A DNA stretch of 64,000 nucleotides from Eledone cirrhosa (taxonomy: Eukaryota), in the NCBI GenBank assembly GCA_964016885.1, contig OZ024740.1:388120001-388184000 (forward strand), read 5' to 3'. Positions 51,183-63,828 of this stretch are shown here, one piece after another (the stretch's first letter is position 1; every line of letters begins with the position of its first letter). The notes beneath the pieces were generated by a model that was not told the DNA's origin, made no database searches, and saw nothing but the letters and a program-made list of their open reading frames with translations. The position numbers and the translations under genes were made by a program.

Positions 51183-51861
51183 TTACACAAAGAGAAATGT
51201 GTTACACAGTGAGAAGTGTGTAAAGAATTATTACAAGTGATTTTACCGTTACTGTATAGGGAACAATATCTACAGGTAAGCAATTAAATAGAAAAAAACC
51301 AGATCAGAATCAAATCTCTGGATTGGAATTTTAAATCACAAACCTTATAACTATATTTTGCTCATACGAACCTAGTTTTTCGTTTCACCACTTATATGTG
51401 TCACCACCTATATGTGTAGAATAACAGTCCAACATGGATCATCAGTCAGCAAAATGCGAGACTGAATCCTGCACATCTAACCTTCATAGCTAGAGAGATT
51501 GCAAATAGACACGCTGGCCAGAGTGGGCGAAATCACGTGTTATTCGAATCAAATAACAGCTCTCGTGGATTGGGGAGGATGCTAGAAAGTGCAGCCCAAC
51601 CATGCTGACTGATGATCCATGTTGGACTATTATACTACACATATAGGTGGTGACATATATAAGTGGTGAAACGAAAAACTAGGTTCGTATAGTTATAAGG
51701 TTTGTGATTTAAAATTCCAATCCAGAGATTTGATTCTGATCTGGTTTTTTTCTATTTAATTGCTTACCTGTAGATATTGTTCCCTATACAGTAACGGTAA
51801 AATCACTTGTAATAATTCTTTACACACTTCTCACTGTGTAACACATTTCTCTTTGTGTAAT
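51183..51861. repeat. ~260-bp-arm inverted repeat containing H9 hammerheads
   Basis: 51183-51451 mirrors 51603-51861. Confidence 0.9.
51355..51455 (-). ncRNA. Type I hammerhead with full helix III and extended helix II (family H9)
   Basis: Minus strand: ATTTTGCTGA-CTGATGA-TCCA..TGGT-GAAA-CGAA-AAACTAGG-TTCG-TA-TGAGCAAAAT. Confidence 0.75.
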
Positions 51862-51914
51862 GTATACTTACATTTGAGCTCGGAAGGAAATTCTTTATTC
51901 TTCTTTGAGCTAAT

Positions 51915-52034
51915 AATACTATTATTATTATTATTATTATTACAGCGAACTGCGGAATACTCTTAATTCCGATTTTTGTATATATATATATATATATACA
52001 AAAATCGGAATTAAGAGTATTCCGCAGTTCACTG

Positions 52035-52058
<24 letters not shown>
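51915..52058. repeat. Palindrome centred on (TA)n
   Basis: TACAGCGAACTGCGGAATACTCTTAATTCCGATTTTTG is mirrored across the TA tract. Confidence 0.88.
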
Positions 52059-52066
<8 letters not shown>

Positions 52067-52140
52067 CTATATATATGCAGTCGTGATTATAAACTGTGGA
52101 TAGGACGGAAGCTCGAGCATTCTGAGACTGATAAACCTAT

Positions 52141-52442
52141 AATAATTGTTTCTACTTTTAGCACAAGGCCAGCAATTACTCCAGTGCATTACTGATGTTT
52201 TATTTCATCGATCACGTAAGGATGAAAGGCAAAGTTAACCTCGGCGGGATTTGAACTCAGATCATAAAGGGCCGTAACTCTATACTGGAAAACATGACGT
52301 CCGACCGTCTACCGATACCGCCAATCCACCGCCCTATAATAATTGTTTCTACTTTTGGCACAAGGCCAGCGATTACCCCAGTGTTATACTGGTACTTTAT
52401 TTTATTGACCTCGTAAGGATGAAAGGGAAAGTTCACCTCGGT
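52141..52442 (-). mobile_element. Two tandem S1 SINEs
   Basis: S1 tails at ~52141 and ~52338; CCTATAATAAT is repeated. Confidence 0.85.
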
Positions 52443-52492
52443 AAGAGTATGGCAAGTAATTTCACAGCAACACTAACTATGCATATATATAA

Positions 52493-52523
<31 letters not shown>

Positions 52524-52528
52524 TGTGT

Positions 52529-52622
<94 letters not shown>

Positions 52623-53433
52623 TGAATGTGCCTGTGTCCAAATAACTTTAAACGAGACAAAAAATCACGCTCGAGAACACAAGTAAATACTCCCATGTAC
52701 TAATCGCATATTTTCAAATAAAATATCCTGAATAAGAGTATGTCGACGGCTTCCCGACAAGCAACATGATAAATATAGCAAAAATAAAACATAAATATAG
52801 CTACAAACTGATATATATTACATAGGTATAGAAAAAAGCTGTGTGTATTAAAAGCATTGAACGTGGAACTAAAGATTATCTAGAGTAGCAGAAATTGATT
52901 GAAACCTGGTAAGAGAACACACATTGAGATGAGATCGAAGCGTTTTATTGGCTGCGTAGCTTATCGATGAAAATGTACATACCATGTTTTAAGTGCAAAC
53001 TAAATCATTCGGTACGTCTAAGAATTTTGTGGGTTAATTTATAACTGAATAAAATCATTGATAAATAGTAAAATGTGTTGTTGCAAATGGGTCACACGTC
53101 CTCGCCAAATTCAGAATACTTTCATAGCAGTTTGAATATCCAATCATCAAATCGTATGTGGGAATCATACTGTTATGCAGAATATACCAACAAAGACTGA
53201 GTGAAGAAGGAGAAGAAGAAGAAGAAGAAGAAGAAGAAGAGGAGGAGGAGGAGGAGGAGGAGGAGGAGGAGAAGAGGAAGACTTTATGTAAAGAATGACT
53301 TTATTGTAAATATTCAATAAATGCTGGAGAGAAGAGAAGTTGCGTAAAAGATATGATGTCATAAGAGTACGACGTTGGCTTGGAGAGAGGATATTAGTTA
53401 GAGAATATTTGGAGAAAGGATATTAGTTAGAGA

Positions 53434-53595
53434 ATTGTTTCTACTTTTGGCACAAGGGCAGCAATTACCCAGTGTATTACTGGTACATTATTTTATCGAT
53501 CCCGTAAGGATGAAAGGCAAAGTTAACCTCGGCGGGATTTGAACTCAGAATGGCAAGGGCCGTAACTCTATACGTCAAAGCATGGCGTCCGACCC

Positions 53596-53626
<31 letters not shown>

Positions 53627-53715
53627 TGTTTCTACTTTTTGCACAAGGCCAGCAATTATTCCAGTGTATTACTGGTACTTTATTTTATCGACCCTCTAAG
53701 GATGAAAGGCAAAGT

Positions 53716-53716
<1 letters not shown>
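53434..53716 (-). mobile_element. Two tandem S1 SINE copies with an (AAT)n spacer
   Basis: S1 sequence at 53434-53595 and 53625-53716. Confidence 0.85.
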
Positions 53717-53757
<41 letters not shown>

Positions 53758-53758
<1 letters not shown>

Positions 53759-56700
53759 TTTTCTTTATTAACCACAAGGGTTTACATAAAGTAGACATTA
53801 AGGACAGTACAGGACAATACAGGACGGTACAAATGGGAATTTCTGCGTGTAAAAAAAACAGAGGATGTAATAAAATAACAAAGAAAAATTCCCCAATAGG
53901 GGGGAGACTTCCGAGGGACATTTGTGGAGAAATCCCATTAAAAGACCAAAGTGACCCTGACCACCAGGGTAAGTGCCCTCTCCCAGTTTTCCACCTTTAA
54001 TTTACAGACACATACTCAGAGTAGGGCCATTCACTCGGGCCATACTTGCCTCTCTCACCCATCTTTCAACAAAATGCTGGGAAGAGAGCACTTCCCTCTC
54101 TACCCTGATTTTCCTTTTCAAATGAAATTTGAAAAAGTTAATCAGGGCATCACCGAAGAGGTTAGTGCTCGTCTTCAGCACTTTCAAACGTGTCCACCAT
54201 ACTATCTCTTTCGCCATGGCCACCAGACAGATAAAAACTGCCTGCCCTTCCCGGCTAAAGGAAGAGGGCGGGGCAATCCTCACGATGGACTCAACTGATA
54301 GCTGGATCCGTCCTACACGTGATAGCAGGTGTTCGACATAAACCCACAAGTCAGCAATGCTCGGACACTGGACGAGTGCGTGCAGGACGGTTTCGTTGCC
54401 CTGCGCGCATCTCGGACATGCCCGGCTGACGGCACCTCCATGCCTGTAGAGTTTATCCCGAACAGGCAAAGCTCCCCGGTAGCACTGCCAAGCCAGGGAT
54501 TTCTGGAAGTTGTCCATAGGCCCCGGCCCGAAAGTCCTTCCGAAGAGATTGGCTAGTTGATTTTCGTCGACGCCTAGAGTTTCTCCAAGTACGTCGTCGC
54601 TCTTCCCCTCCACTAATCCTCTATAGAACGCCAAGGTGGAGTTTCCACCGATCACATTGCCGGATTGGTCGAGCGCTGTGAGCGCCTGAAAACATTCCAG
54701 TCTCCAAGCGCTCCCTCTCGGTCTTCGCTTGACCCAGGACTGCAGCTCCGTCAAGGAGACGAGCTGGGGAAAGACGTGTCTAGCAAACGGCGACCACACC
54801 TGATCACCGTCGAGGAAGAGGTGGAGATGTCGTAGCCTGAGCGCGTGTCTGCGCATCATCAGCCACGGCATGCCCAGCCCTCCACGTAGCGGGTGTTGAC
54901 AGCAGATGGACCGCCTGACCATCGGAGCGCGTCCGTTCCACAAAAAGCGAAAGAGCAAACGCTCCAGCGCAGTCAGGACAAGGTACGACGATCAGGCGGT
55001 AGTAGATGACGGACGCGATGTACGCGTTAGCCACTTCCGCTCGACCTTTCATGGATAGCTTCCTCTCCGCCCATTTCTGGGTGAGAGAAGCCACCCTGCT
55101 CGTCACCTCGTCCCACTTTTTGTCCGTCTGGAGGTCCGGACCGAACCAGACCCCTAGCAATTTAACCGGTCCGTCCGTCCAGCGCCCGACGACGCTGTTG
55201 AACGACATGGACCTGCCTCTCCAGGTGCCGAGCTGCAGGCCCACTGACTTTTCCTGGTTGATCATTGCTCCTGTCACCGCTTCGTATTCTCTTAGTGTAG
55301 TGCCGATTGCCTCGATGTGTTTGGCGTTCGACACCGCTACGGTGACATCGTCCGCATATGCTGACACGGATCTTCTGCATCCTTGTTCGTGCGGGACCCC
55401 CCTCAACGTCTCCAGTTTGTGCAGTAATGGCTCGAGAGTCAATACGTACAAGAGGGACGAGAGGCGACATCCTTGGCGGATCGAGCGCATGATGTTGAAC
55501 GGTTCTGAAAGGTGACCGTTCACTCTCACTACAGAGCAGATGTCGCTGTGCATGGCAGCGATCCAGCCTCTGAAGACGGGCCCAAAGCCAGCCGCCCTCA
55601 GGACTGCCGCTAGGTAACGATGGTCGACCCTATCGAAGGCTTTCGACTGATGTAAATTTATCAAAGACCCACCCGTGCCAGGTTCCCTAGCTACCCTCTC
55701 TAAGATGTATCGCATGAGGTGGAGGTTGTCGTGGATGGATCTGTCGGGAATGGCGCATGTCTGTGCCTCTCACACCAGACCACCAACGACAAGCGCCAAC
55801 CTCTTTGCTAGCACCTTGGCCAAAATCTTGAACTCTGTGTTTAGCAGAGTTATGGGTCTAAAATTATCTATGTTATCCCCCTTGTTCGGATCCTTTCTCA
55901 GCAGTGCCACCGCTCCTCGGCTTACAGAGCTAGCAATTCTCCTGTTCTGTTGCCAGTTGCAGGAGACGTCCGCCAAGAGGCCTCCGAACAAGTCTGGCAT
56001 TTGTACGTAAAGTTCATAGGGCAGACCATCCAAACCAGGCGATTTACCCCTTGTCCTGCCAGTCATTGCCTCCCGTACTTCAGCGGTTGTTATCGGCTTT
56101 TCGCAACACTCCGCCCCAGTGGCCGAAAGCCGCGGCAGTCCGTCGAGGTAGACACTAAAGTCCATCCCTCGATCCGGCCCGCCACAGACCCCGAACAGTT
56201 GAGCAAAGTGTCGCTGAAAAGCTTCACACATTTGCCCGGGATCGAGTAGCATGCGCCCGTCGTGGTCCACCAAAGACCGGATCGTGGTTTTGTTGCCACG
56301 ACGCGCCTCCGCCACTCGGGCCCATTGAACGGCTTTCGTCCCCTCGTGTCTGAGAGCACGCACCCTAGCTCTGACAACGCAGCCTTCGTGATTTGCATTG
56401 AAGAATTGGTCAAGGTCCAATTTCGCCGCAAGCACGTCGGTCGCGATGCCTTTACTAAGCGCCTCGTCTAATTTTCTAACTAATTCTCCCTCTGCTCTAT
56501 TTTTTTCTATTGCTAAAGCCTTACTAAACCTAATGGACTCTATTCTAATTGCTCTTTTCAGAGCAAACCACCACTTGTTGTTGACGATGGCCCCCGTCAA
56601 CGCCCGCTTAACTAGTTCGCTAATCCGGTCTCTGTAGGCCTTGTGCGCTGGTAAGGACGCGTTTAGCTTCCAGTAGCCGGGTCCTCGTCTATGAAGCCTA

Positions 56701-59527
56701 TCTAAGTCAAGCACACAGATCACGAATTTGTGGTCCGTGTAGCTGACTATCTTGAATTGTGGACAGCCTATGCTAGACCTATCTATTTCCCTACAAAATA
56801 CTCTATCTAGATATGATCTGGATGACCCTATGCGATTTGTCCAAGTCCACATTGGTACATTCAGGAAATCCATTCGGCACCTGTCAGACAGTTCAAAAGG
56901 CCTGAGCAGGTTGGTGAGACTCTTGCACCCTCCTTCCCTATCCACTAATCCCACACAATTCCAGCGTGCATCTAAGATCCCGTTCCAGTCGCCCACTAAC
57001 ACTAAAGAGCGGGACGTTCCAAGAAAGGTCTCTAGACACCGGAAGAAATCAGGCCGCCCTGCTCCTGTCGGGTCATAGACGGCCACTAACCTGAAAGCTT
57101 GCCCGTCTCCGCTGGTCACGTCCAGCACCACCAACTTACCTTCTGGGTCCAGGAAGATGGCACGTATGTCAAGATCCAAACCTCTCCGAAAAAGCACAGC
57201 AACTACTCCCCCCGATCCCGGACGGCTGGGAGATGCGTACACATCGTAGCCGCCGAAGATCGATGCGAAGGCCCGTGCTTCGGAGATTCTGGTCTCGCTG
57301 ATGGCCACTACATCTATGTTTAGTGACCTGAGGTCGTTGAGCAGGTGGCCCTGCTTCCATGACGATCCCAACCCACGCGCATTATGCTGCCTATTCTGAG
57401 TGAGCTCATGTTGAAAAGGAGTGGAAAAGATGGGAAAGACCACTTACCTTACTTCTCGTAGAGGAAGGATGGTTTTTCCATCCTTTTCACTGCTTGTGGC
57501 CTCCTCAGGAAGGATGTCCTTATAAATCCTCCTGGAGAGTGCTTGTCGGAAGTCTCCGATATCTTTGGGGAATTTTTGTTTTTGTGTCATGTACGTTTTC
57601 TGTGTGATGCGAGTGATTTGTATGTGTGGAGGTGGTGTGAATTTTTGGGTTGTTGTGTTGTCTTTGTCTGTGGTGCTGGTGTTGTGTTGGATGTAGTGTA
57701 ATAATTGCTTGTTGTTCAAATTTAATGCTGTGTAGTGTGTATCGTTTTGGTTGTTTTGTTTTGTTTGCGTTTGTTGTGGGTTTGTTTCTGTTTCGCATTT
57801 TGGTAACTTTTGTGGTGTAGGTGATGGTGGTGTTGGGGTTAATGATGGTGATGGTGTTGGTGTTTGGGTTGATGGGGTTGGTGATGCTGGTGTGGATGGT
57901 GGCATATCTGTTCTAACTTTTTTGTTTGTTAATTTATTTGTTTCCCTCTGTATTTTGTTTTTGGAGGGGGAAGGAAGAGAATTTTTTCTTTTTTGGTTTC
58001 TTTTTTTTTTTTCCTTATACCGTTTCCCACTCCTCCTCGTCACAATCTGTCTCCAGTTGTGATAGGCCGGGGAGTGGAAAATCCTCCACAGGCGTTAGTT
58101 TTGGTAGTGGCGTGATGGATGGTGTAGGCGCTGGTGCTAGTTCTGAAGCGTTGGGTGGTGATGGCGTTGGTTTTGCTGGTGGTGAGGGTGTTGGTTTTGC
58201 TACTGTTGCTGGGGTTTTTGCTGTTATAGTTGCTTCTGTTGTTGCTGCTACAGTTGTTGCTGCCATCTCTGCTACTGGTGGTGTTGATGGTTGTGTCACT
58301 GGGGTGGGTAGGAGAGGTGGCCTCAACCTTTTAGCCTGAGGGCAGAAAGCCCTTAGGTGGGTTCCTTCACCACAAACGACACACCTAGGCCTTCTGCCCT
58401 CGACAAGTACGGTAAGGTGGCTGCCGTCAGTGAGGTCTATTACCTCTGGGATCTCCTCAATGCTTTTTTGGTCCGCTTGGATCAGGAGCTCCATCCCAGA
58501 TCCGGACCAGTTCTCCTGCTTTTCTTTCGCTATTTCGATTATCCTGGTGTTGGCTTCGATGCCAGCGAGGACGCCAGCTATTGGCCGGTGGAATGTGGGT
58601 GACCCTGATCTTTACGAGTCTCTGGCCACAATAGCTTGGGACGAGTGTGAAGTCGTCACTTCTTAATGGGGCCTTGGAGTGTTTTCTGGCCTCCTGTGAT
58701 GTTTCAAAGAACACGTCCACGGTTCCATACTTCTGCCCACGTTTGATGTGGGTTTTTTTTGCCCACACATGTCCCAAAGCTTTTTGGATTTGGGACTCGG
58801 ATGCCCGTTCCACTCGGCGCGATTTTATATTAATTGTTCGATAAGACACGGTGCATAGGCGCCGATGCTCCATTTTATTAGGTGGGGTGGGGGTGGGGGG
58901 TGAGGCTGACCCTGTACCCATCTTTCTTTACAATTTTTTTGGCTTCTTCTAATTCCTCCTGAGTTACCTGAAATGCTTCGCACTGTTTTGCTACTCTGGC
59001 AAAACTCAGGGTGGTTTTCTTAATGTCATTGTTGCTGTTGTTGTTGTCGTTAGTTTTGTTATTATTAATTTTAGTTTCAGTTGTGGTGGTGGTGGCGTCA
59101 GTGGTGTTCGGTGTGGAAGAGTTCATTTTGGTTGAATTCATTTCGATATCACGAATTAATTAATTTTTTTCTTTGGGTTCTGTTGTCGCGGTGGTGTTGG
59201 TGGTGGTAGTTGTCGCGGTGGTGTTGGTGGTGGTGGCGGCTTTAACACCTGCAGTCATTGGTAATGGCGGGAAATGAATGTCTGCCTGAGACAAATTTAA
59301 AATATTGCTACTGCTTATATCTTTAGTGTTGGAAAACGTAGTAATATTTACAATGGTGGTGTCGGTGTGAGGTGTTAGTTTGTGAGAAAGGCACTGAGGG
59401 TCGCCTTCAAGACCGCATGGTAAATCCGAAATAATACGATAGAAAAACAAGGTAAATCCGAAATAATACGACAGAGAAACAGGCTAAATCCGAAATAATA
59501 CATAGCAGAAAACAGCAGTAATATTAA
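53758..59527 (-). mobile_element. Full-length but frameshifted Tx1-type retrotransposon, family B, bounded by (ATT)n
   Basis: ORF1 pieces (CVVCGEGTHLRAFC knuckle) at 57444-59450 and ORF2 pieces at 54002-57409 (YADD present). The 3' end is AATAAAGAAAAC followed by (ATT)n. Confidence 0.92.
59421..59510 (-). promoter_or_regulatory. 3 x 32-bp tandem repeat at the 5' end of Tx1-B (putative internal promoter monomers)
   Basis: TAAATCCGAAATAATAC at 59421, 59453 and 59485. Function is inferred. Confidence 0.5.
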
Positions 59528-59715
59528 TAATAATAACGTCATAAGAGTTAAGATACCTTCGTAAATTTGTATGGATGGGTGGCTGGAATGAAAACGGAAT
59601 CAACTCTAGTGGCACATTTTAGCAGATAAGAAAGTGTCTTATCTCTTCAATAGTTTCAAGACGAGTGCTAGGGTAGCCAGCATAGAGAGAGATATATAGA
59701 GAGAGAGGGGGGGGG

Positions 59716-59853
59716 GGCACTGAGGGTCGCCTTCAAGACCGCATGGTAAATCCGAAATAATACGATAGAAAAACAGGGTAAATCCGAAATAATACGACAG
59801 AGAAACAGGGTAAATCCGAAATAATACATAGCAGAAAACAGCAGTAATATTAA
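59716..59853 (-). mobile_element. Isolated Tx1-B 5'-end fragment
   Basis: Near-identical to 59390-59527. Confidence 0.9.
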
Positions 59854-62800
59854 ATTGCCTGCCCTTCCTGGCGGAAAGAAGGCGGCGGGTCGATCTTCAC
59901 TGTGGACTCGGCCGATAGCCAGATCCGTTCTACACGCGACAACAGCTGTTCAACATAACTCCACAAGTCAGTAATGCATGGACACTGGACGAGTGCGTGC
60001 AGAACGGCTTCGTTGCTCTGCGCGCATCTTGGGCAGGTCCGTCTGACAGCACTTCCGTGCCTGTAGAGTTTATCTCGAACCAGCAGTGCCCCCCGGTAGC
60101 ACTGACAAGCGAGGGATTTTTGGAAATTATCCACGTCCCCGACTCTAAAGTCCTCCAGTACAGACTGGTAAGTTCGACTTCGTTGACTCCCAGAGCCTCT
60201 CCGAGTGCGTCGTCGCACTTCCCACCACTAATCTTCTATAGAACTCGAGAGTAGAAGTTCCACTGACCGCATTGCCTGCCTGGTAGAGGGCAGTGAGTGC
60301 CTGGCAACATTCCAGATGCCAGTCACCCAGTCTCGGTCTCTTCTTGACCCAGGACTGAGGCTCAGTCAAAGAAACGAGCTGCGGAAAGGCCCGTCTGACA
60401 AACGGTGACCACACCTGTTTACCGTTTAGGCAGAATATCTGGAGATGCCGCAGCCTCAGCGCGTGCCTACGCATCATTAGCCACGGCATGCCCAGCCCTC
60501 CACGTAGAGGGTGTTGGCAGCAGATGAACCGCCTCACCAGCGGAACCTGACCCCTCCTCAATAATTTGAAGAGGAGCCGCGCCAAGATGGCGAAGCGCGA
60601 ACAGGGGCAAGGGACGACGATCAGACGGTAGTAGATTACGGACGCGATGTACGCGTTCGCCACCTCCGCCCGACCTTTCAGTGATAGTTTCCTCCCAGCC
60701 CATTTCTGGGTGAGACTGGCTACCCTGCCCGTCACCTCGTCCCAATTCTTATCCACCTGGAGGTCTGGCCCGAACCAAACCCCGAGCAACTTTACTAGTC
60801 CGTCCGTCCAGCGCCTAACGAAACTGTTGGACGGCATGGCCTTGCCTCTCCAGGTGCTGAGTTGCAAGCCCACCGACTTTTCCGGGTTAAGTTTTGCTCC
60901 CGTCAACCTTTCATATTCCTCCAATAAGTTGCCGACCACCTCGATTTCTGATGTGTCCGACACCATCATGGTGATGTCGTCCGCATAAGCCGACACAGCT
61001 TTTCCGCGTCCCGGTTCGAGCGGGATGCCCTGCAACAGCTCCAGCTTCCGCAGTAAAGGCTCGAGAGTCAATACGTACAGAAGGGAGGAGAGAGGGCACT
61101 CTTGACGGACCGATCGGGAGACCTGAAACGGTTCCGAGAGGTGGCCATTAATTTTGACCATCGAGCAGGTGCCGCTGTGCATTGCAGCGATCCAGCTTCT
61201 GAAGACGGGGCCGAAGCCAGCCGCATTGAGGACAGTCTCCACGTACCGATGGTCAACCCTATCGAATGCTTTCGATTGATCTAAATTGATCAGAGCCCCA
61301 CTGAAGCCAGGTTTACACCCTACCCTCTCTATGATGTATCGCATTAGGTGGAGGTTGTCGTGTATGGACCTGGTTGGGATTGCGCAAGTTTGCGCCTCCA
61401 CAACCAAGTCCCCGACGACAAGCGCCAACGTCTTCGTTAACACCCTGGCCAAAATCTGTGTTGAGCAGAGTTATGGGCCTGAAATTGTCTAATGTGTCCC
61501 TCTTGTTCTCGTCTTTCCTTATCAGCGTCACTACGCCCCGGCTCACAGAACTGGGAATATTCCCGTTCTGCTGCCAGTTGCAGTAGAGGGCTTCGACAAG
61601 TTTGGAGAACAAGTCTGACATATTTACGTAAAGCTCGTAGGGCAGACCATCCAAACCGGGTGACTTGCGCCTCATGCAGCCGACAAGGGCATCCTGAATC
61701 TCGGCTGAAGTAATTGGCCTTTCGCAGCGCCCAGCGTCAGCCGTCGAGAGTTGCGCCAAGCCATCAAGGTAGGGACTGAAGTCCGCCACCATCTCTGACC
61801 CGCCACTTCCCCCGAACAACCGAGCAAAATGTTGGCGAAAGACCTCACACATCCGCTTGGAATCGCTCAGCTCGTGTCCGTCTCGGTCCGTCAAAGACCG
61901 AATCGTTGTTTTATTACCACGCTGCGCCTCTGTCACGCGGGCCCATCGGACAGCTTTGGTTCCCTCGTTTCTCAGAGCACGCGCCTTAGCTCTGACAATG
62001 CAACCTTCGTGTTTCGCATTGAAGAAATGGTCTAATGCCATTCTCGCCGCTAGCACATCAGTTGCAATGCCACTACCAATAGCCTCGTCTAACTTATCTA
62101 CCAACTCCCCCTCCTTTCTATTTTTCTCTAACGCTACTTCTTTGCTAAACTCTATCGACATTACTCTAATCTCTCTTTTGAGAGCCCCCCACCATCTATT
62201 GTTGACGACTCCCCCTGTCAACTTTTTCTTAACTAAATTGTTGATCTGGTCCCTTTAAGCCTTACGTACCGGAAATGACATGTTTAGCTTCCAGTAACCA
62301 GGTCCTAACCTACGCGTCTTATCTAGGTCGACCATACAGATCACAAACTTGTGATCTGAATAGGCGACCGTTTTAAAACGTGGACAGCTTACACTATTTC
62401 TGTCTATTTTCCTAATGAAGATCCTGTCTATATACGATCTAGATGACCCTATGTGGTTAGCCCAGGTCCACACTGACGCATTAGGGAAATCTAATCGGTA
62501 CCTGTCAGACAGTTGGAACTGGCTGATCAGGTTCTTGAGGCTTTTGCACCCCCGCTCCTCTCGGATACTTCCACACAGTCCCAGCGTGCGTCTAAGATGC
62601 CGTTCCAGTCCCCTGTTACAGTAAAGGACGAGACGTACCCAGAAAGGCTTCCAGGCGTCTAAAGAAGTCCGGCCGTCCTGCCCCAGTAGGAGCATAGGCG
62701 GCCACCAGTCTAAAGGCACCACCTTCATTATAGTTCACGTCCAGGACCACCAACTTCCTGTCCGGGTCTCGGAAGATCGACCTTACTCGAGATCCAGGCC

Positions 62801-63825
62801 TTTCCTAAACAGCACTGCCACCCCGCCTCCCATTCCCGGCCGGCTAACAGATGCAAAGATCTGATAGTCGTCGAAAATGGGGGCTAGTGCACGCGTGTCG
62901 GAAATACTGGTCTCGCTGACGGTAATTACATCCATTTCTAGAGACCTGAGGTCGTTGAGCAGGTGACCCTGCTTCCAGGATGATCCCAGGCCTCGAACAT
63001 TTAAACATCCTACTCTTAATACGGCCATGTTGGCAGGTTAAACAGAGAGAGAGAAAGGTTTCCTTATCTTCCGGGCTCTTGTGAAGGTCGGGTTGTTCGA
63101 CCTCCATAGTTGGTGGGGTTTCTTTTGGGAACCCCTTTAACAGTCTTGAAGTGGGTTTTACGTTCGGGGTTCCCACGTCCCGAGGAAAGCTGTCCCGTAT
63201 TTCTTTGAATATGTCGAGCGACATTCGCACCAGAACCAAATCCTCCGGCACGCGAAATGTGTTCGATTTAAAAGTTTCCCCCCTCTTTTTGTATATTTTC
63301 ACTTCGTGCTATGAATGCCATCAGTTCCTTGTTGGCCCTCCTGACGAGCACGAAGTTTTGTATGTTTTGTTGGTGTGATTTTATTTGTTTGCGTGGCTAT
63401 GGTGGTGATGGTTTTGGTGGTGTTGTTTCGGTTGTGTCTGTGTTTGTTGTGTGTGCGGTGTCTGTGGTTTCAGATGTTTGTGTGTATATTTGTTCTTGCG
63501 TCTGTTTAGGTTCTTTGCGTTTGGGGGATTCTGGTGATGGTGATGGTCGTGTTGATGTTGGTGTTATTGAAGAGATGTTTGCGTGGGTGGTGTCTGCATT
63601 TTTTATTGTGGGTGATTTTGTGCTTTGTTGAGTTTTTTTGTTTTTTGTGTTTCCTTTTTTTGTATTTTGGGGGATTTTGGTTTTCCCTCATCTTCACTAC
63701 TGGTAGATTAGGGGTCTGTGTCTGCAAGTGTGTCTGTATGTATGTTTATAGTTTTATTGGTGTGTGTATTTTTGGGGGGAGGGAGATTTTAACAGCTTTC
63801 CTCGTTTCCCCCCCTGGGTGGTCAA
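59854..63825 (-). mobile_element. Degenerate Tx1-type element, family C (closer to A), truncated at both ends
   Basis: MAVLRVGCLNVRGLG start at 63028, RT motifs at 60145-61452 and CPRC finger; the C-terminus is cut after QEGQAI. Confidence 0.9.
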
Positions 63826-63828
63826 TGT

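Noticed and set aside
53358-59548. GTCATAAGAGT repeated on both sides of the SINE/Tx1-B block as a possible TSD
   Set aside because: The left copy is about 65 bp from any element boundary and the match is only 11 bp.
59421-59840. 32-bp periodic repeats as a CRISPR array
   Set aside because: The intervening parts are also near-identical, the context is a eukaryotic retrotransposon UTR and there are no cas genes.
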